Source of the DNA: Myxococcales bacterium
Lineage (GTDB): Bacteria; Myxococcota_A; UBA9042; JABWCM01; BTVJ01
Length of the DNA: 44,003 nucleotides
Reading direction: 5' to 3'
Assembly (NCBI GenBank): GCA_045863395.1
Contig: BTVJ01000060.1
Location: 1-44,003 of the forward strand
Below, piece by piece: positions 24,436-33,610 of the stretch. The position numbers and the translations under genes were made by a program. The notes below the pieces were generated by a model. That model was not told the origin of the DNA. It saw only the letters and a list, made by a program, of their open reading frames with translations, and did no database searches. The first letter of the stretch is position 1. Every line of letters begins with the position of its first letter.

Positions 24436-26472
24436 ATGGCAGGCGGCATCATGATCAACGGCTCCATCCGGCGTGCGCCGGGCATCCCCGGGCGCATCGA
24501 CGCGTCCGCGCTCAACGCGCTCACCCCGGAGGTGGGTGTCATCGCCGTGCTCGCCGACATCGACTTCCTCCCGCAGGCCGCACCGGTCGTGGCCACGTCC
24601 CGGTCGGGGCTCGTGGCGCTCGCGCCCGACGACCGGGAGGTGCGACTGATGGGCCGGCTCCTGTACGAAGCGGCCCGCGACGCCAAGGTGCAGGGCTCGC
24701 CTGGTGCGGTGGTGCTGGTCTCTCCGACGGCCACGACGCAGGCGCAGGCGACCCTGATGGACGATGATGGTGCGCCAAGCGTCGTCGTCAGATCGCGCGC
24801 CTGGGGCCCCCGTGGGAACAAGCTCTGGGTGCGCGCCGTCGAGGGGCAGACCAACCCCGATGCCCTCGATGTGACGCTGGCGCGCCCCGGAATGCCTACC
24901 GAGACGTTCGCATCCGTCGGGTACCTGCCCGTGATGGACGTCTGGTACGATGGCGGTCACCCAAGCACCATGGACGTGACGCTCGAAGTCACCGGCGGGA
25001 CTCTGACGGTCCGCCAGACGGTGGACGTGCCGTCGACTCCTGGCCAGGTCTCGAATGACTCTCTGGCCTTCGACGGCGCGATCACATTCACCCCGCTCGA
25101 GCTGACGAGCAACACCGATGACGTGATCCTGGGAGTCACGGTGACTGGCACGCGCAAGGCCACCGGCACCGTTGGTTCGGAGACGCTCACGTGGATCAAC
25201 GGTGACATGGCGCCCAAGACCACGGCGCACGCGTACATCGACGCCTCGCTCACCGTGACGAATGAGCCCATCGAGGGTGGCGGCGGGGCGTACACGGACC
25301 CGATCCGCATGGAGTGGAATGCCTTCGCCCTCGTGAAGGCCGACTACCCCACCGCGCAAGCAGCGGCCGACCGCATCAACGCGTTCACCCACCGCGGCTA
25401 CCACGCCGACCTCCGCACCGCGCGGGCTGCGGCGATTCCGCTCGATGAGCTCGATGAGCTCGCGGTCGGGTCCATCGTGGACGAGCCGCAGGAGGGGCCT
25501 GCCTTCGCCCGGACGGTCACGGCGCACCTGTGGGCGCTCATCGCCGACCTGGCCGGTTCGTCGTTGGCGGAGGTGACCCGGGCCTCCAACGCGGTGGCGC
25601 GTCCGGCTGAGGTGTCGCTGGTCTACTGCGCCGGTGGGACCAGGACCACCCCGAACGGGACGGCATGGGACGCCGCCTTCACGGCGCTCCGTACCCGCGA
25701 CGTCAACATCATCGTGCCCCTGTCGGGCGATGCGACCGTGCACGCCAAGGCGAGCGCGCACTGCAAGTACATGGCCGGTGACGGCGAGCTGGAGTGCCAG
25801 GCATGGGTCGGCGCTGCGACCAACGAGACGCTCGCCCAGCTCGGGACGCGGGCTCGAAACCTCGACGCCTTCCTCGTCTGGGGCATCGTGGGCCAGGAGG
25901 CCCAGGTGGATCACCCAGACGGTGACCTGGTGTGGATCGACCCGGCCCACCTCGCGCTCATGCTCGCCGGTATCCAGGCGAGCACGCCGGGCGGGACGCC
26001 GCTGACTCGCAAGCGCCCGAACGTGCTCGACGTGCGCAACCACAGCTCCTGGGATGCTTTCCGAGACCGCGAGGCCGTCATCAAGGCGGGACTCATCGCC
26101 GTCGAGCGGCACCCCCGTGGGTTGCGGGTGCTGCGCTCGGTGACGACCCACCTCCAGGACGACAACCCGGTCCTCGTCGAGGGGTCCTCCGTCGAGTCCG
26201 CCTGCCTGGCGATCCGCGCGCTGCGCGCGCGGTTGGACGTGCGCATCGGCGATCCGGCCATTGCGGGGACCGCGACGCGCATCAAGGCCACGGCCCTGTC
26301 CGTGCTCGAGGAGATGGTGCTCGACGGCACCATCAAGGCCTACGACAAGGCCAGCGTCGACGTCATCGACAAGGGAGACCGCTTCGATCTCGTCGTCGCC
26401 GTCGCGGTCACCGAGCCCATCAACTTCATCCCGATCACGCTCGGGATCGTGCGGATCGCCCAGGCCGCGTAA
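24436..26472 (+). CDS. Tail sheath protein
   Basis: 678 aa; SRAWGPRGN, C-terminal RVLRSVTT and EPINFIPIT motifs; precedes the tube gene. Confidence 0.88.
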   Translation: MAGGIMINGSIRRAPGIPGRIDASALNALTPEVGVIAVLADIDFLPQAAPVVATSRSGLVALAPDDREVRLMGRLLYEAARDAKVQGSPGAVVLVSPTATTQAQATLMDDDGAPSVVVRSRAWGPRGNKLWVRAVEGQTNPDALDVTLARPGMPTETFASVGYLPVMDVWYDGGHPSTMDVTLEVTGGTLTVRQTVDVPSTPGQVSNDSLAFDGAITFTPLELTSNTDDVILGVTVTGTRKATGTVGSETLTWINGDMAPKTTAHAYIDASLTVTNEPIEGGGGAYTDPIRMEWNAFALVKADYPTAQAAADRINAFTHRGYHADLRTARAAAIPLDELDELAVGSIVDEPQEGPAFARTVTAHLWALIADLAGSSLAEVTRASNAVARPAEVSLVYCAGGTRTTPNGTAWDAAFTALRTRDVNIIVPLSGDATVHAKASAHCKYMAGDGELECQAWVGAATNETLAQLGTRARNLDAFLVWGIVGQEAQVDHPDGDLVWIDPAHLALMLAGIQASTPGGTPLTRKRPNVLDVRNHSSWDAFRDREAVIKAGLIAVERHPRGLRVLRSVTTHLQDDNPVLVEGSSVESACLAIRALRARLDVRIGDPAIAGTATRIKATALSVLEEMVLDGTIKAYDKASVDVIDKGDRFDLVVAVAVTEPINFIPITLGIVRIAQAA

Positions 26473-26484
26473 GGGAGGTGTGAG

Positions 26485-26910
26485 ATGGCTCTGCAGCGAG
26501 CGGTGAGCGGCGCGCGCGCCAAGGTGCTCATCAACAACCAGGAGGTGGGGTGGGCGACGGGCGTCGACATCACGGAGACCATCGACCAGCTCCCGGTGGA
26601 GGTCCTCGGCGAGATCGACGTGGTCGAGCATGAGCCCAACCGGCGGACCGTGACGGTCTCGGTCAGGGCCATCCGGATTCTGAAGAAGTCGGCGCAGGCG
26701 ATGGGGATCTGGCCTCGCGGAGAGACCGCCGACGTCATCAACTTCCCGCCCATGGACCTCATGGTCTACGACGTCGTGGGCAACGCCCCTATCGACCGGG
26801 TCACCGGCGTCAAGGCCAACTCGAGGCAGCTCTCCCTCGACCGGGCCGGCCTGTACGCCACCAACGCCACGTTCGTGGCGCGTCGCATCTACGACGAGCA
26901 GGAGTCCTGA
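26485..26910 (+). CDS. Tail tube protein
   Basis: 141 aa, SGARAKVLIN..EVGWATGV...PVEVLGEI..VEH; follows the sheath gene. Confidence 0.82.
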   Translation: MALQRAVSGARAKVLINNQEVGWATGVDITETIDQLPVEVLGEIDVVEHEPNRRTVTVSVRAIRILKKSAQAMGIWPRGETADVINFPPMDLMVYDVVGNAPIDRVTGVKANSRQLSLDRAGLYATNATFVARRIYDEQES

Positions 26911-27446
26911 TGCTGACACAGACGACAGGCGGCGCCCCGGCGCGCCACGAACCTCAGCGCGTCCTCGACCTGACCGGGCTCGCTCGGGAGGCGGCGGTCG
27001 CTGAGACGGGCGCGACGGAGACCCCGCTCGTGCCCCGTTCTCGTTCCATCGCGATCCGCTATCGGGACCCCGAGGGCCGCTGGCACGAAGGCACCGTCAC
27101 CTCGGTCATCCTCGGCGGCGAAGGGCGCATCCAGCTCGGCGTGCTCTGCGCGAAGCTCGCCCGGGCGCCGTGGGGGACCCTGCCCCCGGCGCTGCAATCG
27201 CGCGCCTACCAGCTCGCCGTATGCACGCTGCAGCTCCAGGAGCCGCCCGAATGGCTGCTGCGGTGGCTCCAAGAGGACGACGACCTGCTGGCCGAGGTCT
27301 ACCTGGCCCTGGAGGACCACGAACGTGGCTACTTTCGCCGCGGCGACGGAGAGGGCGCGGAGGCTGCGCGCCGGACCGACGTGGTGGTACGCCCGCTGGA
27401 CACGGCCGCCGGTGCGGCCGTGTCCAAGCGACCCGACGCAGGCTGA
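26910..27446 (+). CDS. Tail assembly chaperone
   Basis: Between tube and tape measure; PPEWL motif; contains a TTT-CGC candidate shift site. Confidence 0.7.
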   Translation: MLTQTTGGAPARHEPQRVLDLTGLAREAAVAETGATETPLVPRSRSIAIRYRDPEGRWHEGTVTSVILGGEGRIQLGVLCAKLARAPWGTLPPALQSRAYQLAVCTLQLQEPPEWLLRWLQEDDDLLAEVYLALEDHERGYFRRGDGEGAEAARRTDVVVRPLDTAAGAAVSKRPDAG

Positions 27447-27624
27447 TCTCGCGCCGGCTGACACCCTGACCCTGGGGCTGTTGCGTCTGCCCGAGAAGCA
27501 GTGGCAGGTGCTCCAGAACCACCTCGTCTCTCGCGACGAGACGGGGGCCCTCGTCACCGGCGACCCGGTGGTCGATGCCTGGGAGAGGGAGGCCATGGCT
27601 AGAGTCATGGCGGAGGACGAGTAG
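27334..27624 (+). CDS. Frameshift-accessed C-terminal extension of the tail chaperone (+1 frame)
   Basis: Overlapping open +1 frame ending ...TGDPVVDAWEREAMARVMAEDE just before the tape measure gene. Confidence 0.6.
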   Translation, partial: FAAATERARRLRAGPTWWYARWTRPPVRPCPSDPTQADLAPADTLTLGLLRLPEKQWQVLQNHLVSRDETGALVTGDPVVDAWEREAMARVMAEDE

Positions 27625-27627
27625 ACC

Positions 27628-29454
27628 GTGTCCACGGAAGCTCACCGTACAGTCATCGAGGTCGACGCGCTCACCGACGCGGCGCATCGGAAGCTCGACA
27701 AACTCCAGGCGAAGCTCGACCGCATCATCCAGCGTGGCGGGCACATCTTGGGCCGCGGACGCGGCGGAGGTGCGGGCGGGGGCGTCGGAGCGCCGGCAGG
27801 CGGAGCAGCGTCGCCACCTGGTGGGGGAGATGGCGGCGCGGGGCCGGGCGGCGGTGGAGGCGGCGGTGGAGGCGCTGGCGCCCCCGGGGCCGGGCCCGGT
27901 GCGCCGCCGGGTGGGGCCGGGTCGAGGCCAGGTGGGGGCAACCGCGGTGCGGCGGGAGGGGGAGGAGGGCCTGGGCCTGGGCCTGGGCCTGGGCCTGGGC
28001 CGGGGCCGGGCGGAGGGCCGGGGCCGGGCGGAGGGCCGGGGCCGGGCGGAGGGCCGGGCGGAGGGCCTGGGCCTGGGCCGGGGCGGGGAGGCGGCGAACC
28101 GTCGGGTACGAGCCGGAGCCAGCGGCTTGCGATGGCGGCCATCGGTGGTGGCTCCTTGTTCGCTCACAGCGTGATCAGTGCGGGTTCGGGCATCGCACAG
28201 GCGGGCCTCGGCGAGAGCTACGCAACAAGCGTACCCGAGGCTATCAGGGCTCACGGAGCGATGCAGGCAGCGAAGATTCAAGGCGCTGGCTCCATGGTAG
28301 CGGGTGGATTGACCGCAGGAGGCATGTACCTTGGATCGATCATCCCCGGACTCGGCACCACCGCCGGAGGTGCTATCGGGTCGGTACTTGGCAATATTGC
28401 TATATCCATCGCCAATTTGTTCGGTAAAGAAAAGGAGCATATAGCAAACGTTGCGGCAAGCGCGTTCAGCCAGCGCATCCAGCTTGCGCAGCGCAAGGCC
28501 GGCATCGAGCGCCAGACCACCCTCGCGTCGCACATGGGCTTCGGCGTCGACCTGGCCACTGCGGCAAAGTACGGCTTCGGCCCCGAGGAAGCAGCGGCCC
28601 AGGGGCTCGCATACGCGCAGGCGGTCGGACACCGCGGACGCAAGGCCAACATCTACGCGCTACTGCGAACTGGCGCGTCCATGGGTGCCATCGCTGGCTA
28701 CGAGGGTCTCCGTGCGCGTGGCGCTGGGGGACGCGGAGGCAGCGTGACGACTGTGCTGGGGCTTGCCAAGAGCCAGGGGCTCTACGGCTCCAAGGCAGAC
28801 GAGTTTGTGTCGACGCTGACAGGTGCGGCACAAACGCTCGGGCAGCAGGGCATCACGTCCGACATGGGTCGGTATGAGACCGCGCTCGCCAGCATGGCTG
28901 CGAGCCCTGGGCTTTCGGAGGCCGGGCTGCGATTGCCGCGGTACGTGGCTGGACTCGCAGGGGTGGCCGGCGGAGCGCGTAAGCAGCTCACGTCCGGGTT
29001 CGCTGGTTACGCTGAGGCGAAGGTGCTCGCCCACGCGCTGGCCCAGGGCAAGTCGCTCAAGGGGGCGATGAAGGTCATAGATACAATGGATCCGCTCGCC
29101 ATCAACAAGGCGATTGGCGGTGGGATCGCGGCCGAGATGGCGTATGCAGACATGGGTGCTCCCATCAGTGAGGCAGAGGCGCTCGCGAAGGGACTCTCCG
29201 CGGTGTCTCCGCCGGACGGCGTCGCTGGAATGTACGCTCGCACCCCCAAGCTGGCCGCCCAACAAGCGGGCTACGACGCGGCGCGAATCAACGGCATGAC
29301 CCATGACAATGCCTCCGAAGCTCTTCGGCTCCAGAACATGATGGTGACCAAGCTCGACGAAATCGGTGCGACGCTCAGCGAGGGCTGGATAAAGGGCCTC
29401 CTCACGAAGATGGACGAGATAGCGGATGAGATTCGGGGCATGACGAACCCATGA
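27628..29454 (+). CDS. Tape measure protein with Gly/Pro-rich insert
   Basis: Ala/Gly-rich helical protein after the chaperones; 608 aa. Confidence 0.75.
   Translation: MSTEAHRTVIEVDALTDAAHRKLDKLQAKLDRIIQRGGHILGRGRGGGAGGGVGAPAGGAASPPGGGDGGAGPGGGGGGGGGAGAPGAGPGAPPGGAGSRPGGGNRGAAGGGGGPGPGPGPGPGPGPGGGPGPGGGPGPGGGPGGGPGPGPGRGGGEPSGTSRSQRLAMAAIGGGSLFAHSVISAGSGIAQAGLGESYATSVPEAIRAHGAMQAAKIQGAGSMVAGGLTAGGMYLGSIIPGLGTTAGGAIGSVLGNIAISIANLFGKEKEHIANVAASAFSQRIQLAQRKAGIERQTTLASHMGFGVDLATAAKYGFGPEEAAAQGLAYAQAVGHRGRKANIYALLRTGASMGAIAGYEGLRARGAGGRGGSVTTVLGLAKSQGLYGSKADEFVSTLTGAAQTLGQQGITSDMGRYETALASMAASPGLSEAGLRLPRYVAGLAGVAGGARKQLTSGFAGYAEAKVLAHALAQGKSLKGAMKVIDTMDPLAINKAIGGGIAAEMAYADMGAPISEAEALAKGLSAVSPPDGVAGMYARTPKLAAQQAGYDAARINGMTHDNASEALRLQNMMVTKLDEIGATLSEGWIKGLLTKMDEIADEIRGMTNP
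27955..28090. repeat. GGGCCT/GGGCCG hexamer and GGGCCGGGCGGA-type repeats encoding (GP)n/GPGG
   Basis: Directly visible low-complexity tandem repeats. Confidence 0.85.
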
Positions 29455-31169
29455 TCCCCGACCTGCCACAGCCCCGTAGCACCCCCGAGAGTCTCCGCGT
29501 CGAGATCCACTCTCACCCCGACGAGGCCCCTCTCGGAGGTCTGGACGATGTCACTGATTGGGTGCAGGCGGTCTCTTGGAGCGCATCGACCACCGCGCCC
29601 TGGGGGCAAGCGAGCTTGACACTCCAGATGCCGATGTCCGACTGGCCGCGGCACTTGCCGAAGCCGGGAGACTGGCTGGTGATTCGCGGGGCCGCTGGGG
29701 CAGCGCTCTGGTGGGGGCGAGTGCAGACGACGACGCCGCGGTTGGAGGTGGTCGGCGGGGCGATCCAGAGCGCGACGGTGGAGGTGCAGGCCGTGTCGTG
29801 GCTGGACGACTGCGCGAACGTGGTGGTCCAGGTCGGGCAGGGGTTGACGCCCGACCCCATGCGGATGAGCCTGGTCGACGCGACGACGTGGGGGGCGTTG
29901 ATCGAGACGTTCACGTCTCTGGCGGAGACGGCGCCGGGTGTCGCGCTCCAGAGTCTGCTCCAGACGTTGCAGATCATGTATCTCCCACCAACCTTGGGCG
30001 GCCTCCCCTTGGGTCAGGCGATCCAGGTAGCCCATGACGAGGCCACCGGCAAGACCTTCGCGCCGACGCGCGTCGTCGAGGCGGTGCCGGCGCGGTACTG
30101 GCGTGGTTTTGCCGCCGGGCGTGGGCTTGGTGACACCGCGACATCGGTTCGGGACCTCATCGCGGGGACCTGGGGCGTCGACGGCGCCTTGGTGGAGCTG
30201 TTCCCGTCGCTCGAGGCCTTCGGGACCTTCGTGTCACCACCGCCCCCGCCAGATCTGACAACGTCGGAAGCCCTTCAGCCTTCGCCAATCCCGTTCAGCT
30301 ATGGCAAGCTCACAGGCAGCAAGTACGATCCCAAGGCGGCCAAGATAGACATCGAGAAGGCACGCACCATCCCGCGGCGTCAAGTGGCGCGCGGACTTGG
30401 AGCCGCGCTCAAGCGCAATCCGACACTCGTGTACCGCATGCGGCCCGTCCGTGTGTTCTCGCTGTCCGAGGTCCCCAAGAATCCGGCGGACATCGATCCG
30501 ACGCTCTTCAAGGACCCGACGTGGGCCCACGATGGAGACTCCGGGTTCACCCACATTCCCCTCACCGACATCGAGCGGCTGTCGTGGACCTGGTCTGAGC
30601 AGCGCCGTGCCACAGCCGTTGTCATCGACCCGCTGCTGGGTATGGTGCCCGCAGCACGGTTCATGCAAGAGCTCGACCTGCCGATCATCGACAGGGAGGG
30701 TGTGGCGAAGCACGGCTACCGCCCGCTGGAGGTGCGGTGGCCATACATCCCGCCCGCGACCGAGGCGGCGCCCCCGCACATGGCCTACGTAAAGTCCATC
30801 GCCTACCTGGCGCTGACGCAACAGGTCGGAGGAGAGCAGCGCGGTGAGGGCAGGTTCAGCGGGCGGTTCAACACGGACCTCCAGGCGGGACAGACCTTCG
30901 CAGTTGATCTGTCCCTGAGTGCGCCCGTGCTCACGGGGCCATCCAAGGTGCAGTCCGACGGTCGATTCCACGGCTACATCCGAGCGGTGACTCACAGCAT
31001 TCGCGTGGAGCCGAAGGGGCGGCGCGTGGCTCGCACGGATGTAGCCTTCGAGCATGCCGTGCTCCATCTGGCCAACGCTGGTGCACTGGAGCTGCTGATC
31101 GGAACGTTTCTCACTTCCATCCCTGGCACGGAACCAAAGGCAGGCAAAATGCTGAAGGCGAAGGAGTGA
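29451..31169 (+). CDS. Putative baseplate hub protein
   Basis: Position after the tape measure; DVTDWVQAVSWS, PGDWLVI and C-terminal GYIRAVTHS motifs typical of hub/late-control proteins. Confidence 0.6.
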   Translation: MIPDLPQPRSTPESLRVEIHSHPDEAPLGGLDDVTDWVQAVSWSASTTAPWGQASLTLQMPMSDWPRHLPKPGDWLVIRGAAGAALWWGRVQTTTPRLEVVGGAIQSATVEVQAVSWLDDCANVVVQVGQGLTPDPMRMSLVDATTWGALIETFTSLAETAPGVALQSLLQTLQIMYLPPTLGGLPLGQAIQVAHDEATGKTFAPTRVVEAVPARYWRGFAAGRGLGDTATSVRDLIAGTWGVDGALVELFPSLEAFGTFVSPPPPPDLTTSEALQPSPIPFSYGKLTGSKYDPKAAKIDIEKARTIPRRQVARGLGAALKRNPTLVYRMRPVRVFSLSEVPKNPADIDPTLFKDPTWAHDGDSGFTHIPLTDIERLSWTWSEQRRATAVVIDPLLGMVPAARFMQELDLPIIDREGVAKHGYRPLEVRWPYIPPATEAAPPHMAYVKSIAYLALTQQVGGEQRGEGRFSGRFNTDLQAGQTFAVDLSLSAPVLTGPSKVQSDGRFHGYIRAVTHSIRVEPKGRRVARTDVAFEHAVLHLANAGALELLIGTFLTSIPGTEPKAGKMLKAKE

Positions 31170-31172
31170 CAG

Positions 31173-31913
31173 ATGGGCCGGACCGCGCCGCTCAAGCGCG
31201 ACCTGAACGTGATCGAGGTCCACGTGCGTCGCCAGCGCTCGGCTCTCGGTGCTCCGGTCGTCGACTGCTGGGACCCCTACTCCTCCCGGAGCTGGCGTGG
31301 GGTCCCTCTCCTGAGCGCTGGCGGTGGGGTGCGCTCAGCCGTCGGGATCCCTATCTCGGAGGACCCGCTGGCGAGTGTACCTTCTCCCGTCGTCACTGGG
31401 GCCCGCGCGCTGATCCTCTTGCGCGACGGCATCGACGCCGTGTGCTGCCTCGGACTCTACCACGATGAGCGGGCCGTGCCGCTGCTCCCCGAGGCCCCGG
31501 AGCCCCCCCCGGACGCCGACCGCCTCCCGCAGCCCAGCGTGCGAGACGCCTACGTGCTTCGCGCCGGCTCCCTGGTCACCATCGACGCGATGGGCCGCGT
31601 CACGGTCGATGCGACGCAGGCCGTCGCCCCCGAGGTGCGCATCCAGCTCCCGCCCACGGGGACGCTGCGGATCTCGCGGGGTGGGGTGGCGACCGCCCGT
31701 CCCGCGCTTGCAGCGCCCGTCACCCAGCAGCTCGATGCGCTCAAGGCGGCCGTGGAAGCACTGACGGCCTGGGCGCAGGCGCTCAAGGTCGTCGTGACGA
31801 CCGGGGCGCAGACCCCGGACTCGGCAGCGGCAGCGGCGGCAGTGCCCAAGGTCCCCGCCACGCCTCCGCTGGCGTCGGCAGCCGTGCAGGTGCCGGCCGA
31901 CGTGGACCCGTAG
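31173..31913 (+). CDS. Putative baseplate spike (gpV-like) protein
   Basis: Follows the hub; N-terminal OB-like region then beta-rich GSLVTIDAMGRVTVDA. Confidence 0.55.
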   Translation: MGRTAPLKRDLNVIEVHVRRQRSALGAPVVDCWDPYSSRSWRGVPLLSAGGGVRSAVGIPISEDPLASVPSPVVTGARALILLRDGIDAVCCLGLYHDERAVPLLPEAPEPPPDADRLPQPSVRDAYVLRAGSLVTIDAMGRVTVDATQAVAPEVRIQLPPTGTLRISRGGVATARPALAAPVTQQLDALKAAVEALTAWAQALKVVVTTGAQTPDSAAAAAAVPKVPATPPLASAAVQVPADVDP

Positions 31914-32077
31914 GAGTGCTGCCTCGACGCGCCAGGGCAAGGGGTTCGGGTGCCCGGCAGCGTGGTGGGCGGCGCAGAGGTGGGCGTTGGCGAAGGGGCG
32001 AGGGTGGCGCGTGACTCGAGGAGCGGTGCGGGAGCGGTGCGGGAGCTGCCCCGCGGGGGCCCGCTGCCCGCCGCCCC

Positions 32078-32275
32078 CTACGGTGGGTCGATGCCCGCTT
32101 GCTTGAAGATGGCCCGCGTGAGGCCCCGGCCGAGCGTATTGCGCGGGTGCGGGACCGTGACCGTGTTCGGCCGCTCTGGGTGCCGGTACTGGTGATGCGA
32201 TCCGCTCACGCGGTCCAGGCTCCATCCGTGCACCTTCAGGATGCCGATAACCTCATGACTGCTGTATGACTCAAT
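32078..32275 (-). CDS. hicA: HicA-family mRNA interferase toxin (orphan, ATT start)
   Basis: (I)ESYSSHEVIGILKVHGW..DRVSGSHHQYRHP...VTVPHP...L..G..RAIFKQAG; intact GSH catalytic motif. Confidence 0.85.
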   Translation of the reverse strand: MESYSSHEVIGILKVHGWSLDRVSGSHHQYRHPERPNTVTVPHPRNTLGRGLTRAIFKQAGIDPP

Positions 32276-32311
32276 GTGTGCATTGATACACACTTGATCG
32301 CGGACCGTCAA
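32274..32311 (-). promoter_or_regulatory. hicA promoter with overlapping inverted repeat
   Basis: Minus strand TTGACG-17 nt-TATCAA(T); TGTGT-N8-ACACA inverted repeat spans the -10 element. Confidence 0.6.
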
Positions 32312-32507
32312 GCGGAATCGTGCGCACGAATGCGCACTGATGTGGGGCGGGCGGATGGTCGGGAGCGAGCGAGCGCGGCGCGGGTCAGCGCGAGGGGCGG
32401 ACGGGAGCGGGGAGCGGGCCAGAGCGGAGTGGTCTAGCCTGCCGCTTCGTCGTCCGGCCCCGCATCAGGTCCTCCCCACCCGCACCCAAGGAAGTCCCAT
32501 ACTCTTC

Positions 32508-32897
32508 GTGACGCACCCCGATGACCGGGACGAGGAGCTGTCGCGGAACGGCTTCCCGACCGTCGTCGAGTGGCGCTCCTTCCTCGAGGCGTGGTGGGCG
32601 ACGCTCGGCCCCAGGGTGGTCGGGAGCGAGCGGCTGGTCTCGATGTGCGACAGGCAGGCGGTGCTCGGACCGTTCCTCGGTACGGGCACCGAGCGAAGCA
32701 GGCGCACGAAGCTCGGGATCCTCGTGACGCAGCGGACGGACCTGGTCGAGGAGGTGTTCGCGTCACCGGGCGCGAGCGAGGGACGGGGAGGGGACGAGCG
32801 ACGCGGCTTCCACGTGCGGATCGAGCGGTGCCGCGACCGCAAGTACAAGATCTCCATGTATCGCCTGGTCCGTGTCGTGCCGGCCCCAGCGGACTGA
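32508..32897 (+). CDS. Hypothetical protein (possible winged-helix-like DNA-binding domain)
   Basis: GC3-biased frame from GTG 32508; W..F..AWW...LG.G.ERS..TKLG pattern reminiscent of phage primase/helicase C-termini (weak recall). Confidence 0.5.
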   Translation: MTHPDDRDEELSRNGFPTVVEWRSFLEAWWATLGPRVVGSERLVSMCDRQAVLGPFLGTGTERSRRTKLGILVTQRTDLVEEVFASPGASEGRGGDERRGFHVRIERCRDRKYKISMYRLVRVVPAPAD

Positions 32898-32947
32898 GCG
32901 GTGAGCGGCGTACCGATGGTCCCTTTCCTCGCGGCGCCCATGGCCAT

Positions 32948-33610
32948 ATGATGGCGGACATGGGCACTCCGAACCACACCTGCACACCGGAGCCGGGCCC
33001 CTTCACCCGGCTCCTGCATGACAGCGGGATGCTCGATCTGCTGACCCACACGGAGGGGGCGGTCCCGCCACAGCCTGCGCAAATCGAAGGGCCCTTTGCG
33101 CGTCTCCTGCGGGAGCTCGCGTTGGAGAAGGGCAAGGGCAAGGACGACGGCAAGGGCACGCCGTACAACCGGCACCGTGGGCGGCTCCGTCGGGAGGGGG
33201 TGGTCTACGAAGGGCCGCGAGGAGGGCGGTACGCCGACCCGGAGCGCAAGATCTCGCTCAAGCGCAACGAGGGCGAGGCGAAGGAGCGTTCCGAGGCGGG
33301 GTCCAGGCCGGACCCGAAGGGGCCCCACGACTCTGTGTCCAAGCACGATCCCGAGCAAAGGCCGGACCAGTGGAAGCTCGGCTCCCACAAGTCGGTCACC
33401 ACGTGGCGCAATCAGATGGCGAAGCGAGGCTGGACGCCCAGGCAGATCGCAGAAGCCATATACATGGGTGAACGGTCTCCCGCGGCAAACAAGGTCAACA
33501 AGGGCAACTCGGCCTCTCGCTACGTGCATCCGACGACGGGAAGGCGGGTCATCGTCGATGATGTCACCCAGGAGGTGCTCCATGTCTCAGCCGAAGCATT
33601 CCAAGAGTGA
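32948..33610 (+). CDS. Shared-leader effector with C-terminal colicin E5-like ribonuclease domain
   Basis: Leader EPGPFTRLLHDSG, LALEKG and GPRGGRYADPE; C-terminus NQMAKRGWTPRQI...A.RY...VIVDDVTQEVLHVS aligns by eye with colicin E5 QMPERGWT...ATVY...VVVNDRTGEVTQIS. Confidence 0.75.
   Translation: MMADMGTPNHTCTPEPGPFTRLLHDSGMLDLLTHTEGAVPPQPAQIEGPFARLLRELALEKGKGKDDGKGTPYNRHRGRLRREGVVYEGPRGGRYADPERKISLKRNEGEAKERSEAGSRPDPKGPHDSVSKHDPEQRPDQWKLGSHKSVTTWRNQMAKRGWTPRQIAEAIYMGERSPAANKVNKGNSASRYVHPTTGRRVIVDDVTQEVLHVSAEAFQE

Noticed and set aside
32276..32311. ORF-track N-terminal extension of HicA (MTVRDQVCINAH)
   Set aside because: It overlaps the predicted -35/-10 elements and operator; family similarity begins at the ATT codon.
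32570..32947. N-terminal extension of the E5-like toxin ORF
   Set aside because: It overlaps the better-supported 32508-32897 gene; the paralogs begin just before the EPGPF motif.
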